From the IMG/VR virus record IMGVR_UViG_3300033067_002307, positions 1-35,452 of that record: a stretch of DNA of 35,452 nt. One strand, 5' to 3'. The notes beneath the pieces are model-generated. The model was given only the letters and a program-made list of their open reading frames with translations, did not search any database and had not been told where the DNA came from. The stretch is from a virus. Taxonomy: Duplodnaviria; Caudoviricetes. A program made the position numbers and the translations under genes. Below, piece after piece: positions 35,389-35,452 of the stretch. Positions within the stretch are counted from its first letter, which is position 1. The number at the start of each line of letters is the position of its first letter.

Positions 35389-35452
35389 TTGCCACCCCAA
35401 GACCCGTCATATCCAGGCCCACCAGATCCATTGAATCTTTGAGAGATCGTTC
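35385..35452 (-). CDS. C-terminal fragment of a gene running in from the right edge (probably the adaptor that starts at 566)
   Basis: Open frame TISQRFNGSGGPGYDGSWGGN-stop; gene order adaptor, fibre, nozzle. Confidence 0.5.
   Translation of the reverse strand, partial: TISQRFNGSGGPGYDGSWGGN

Noticed and set aside
1-35452. Alternative genetic code or CRISPR array
   Set aside because: Long genes are intact under the standard code and all three stops are used; no regularly spaced repeats seen.

Overview
The window is almost a whole genome (circularly permuted, with a short gap) of a ~36-kb tailed phage with a short-tail (podovirus-like) gene set. One gene is cut by both window edges: its N-terminus lies at <1..566 and its probable C-terminus at 35385..>35452. 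The minus strand carries the late operon: GNAT-like and sigma-like regulators, ParB-like protein, TAGT/GREB1-type glycosyltransferase, TerS, TerL, portal, scaffold, major capsid, decoration protein, FN3-fused adaptor, tail fibre, nozzle, ejection proteins and a lysis cassette. The plus strand carries recombination genes (RecE-like exonuclease, ERF, VRR-NUC, HNH). No integrase, polymerase, primase, helicase or replication initiator is recognisable. The overlapping spanin pair indicates a diderm host; Bdellovibrionota/Oligoflexia is my unverified impression. Three features stand out. (1) An IS66 tnpA/tnpB-like accessory pair has no transposase and sits directly downstream of a ~650-nt highly structured non-coding region. 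(2) An antisense adhesin cassette is nested in the lysis module, and two unrelated proteins in it share the N-terminal tag MPSIIKKRRI. (3) A TCGGCATGA motif overlaps the start codon of the first gene of each of the three early units at 11526, 14032 and 14720. All product calls come from motif recognition and synteny, not from database searches.
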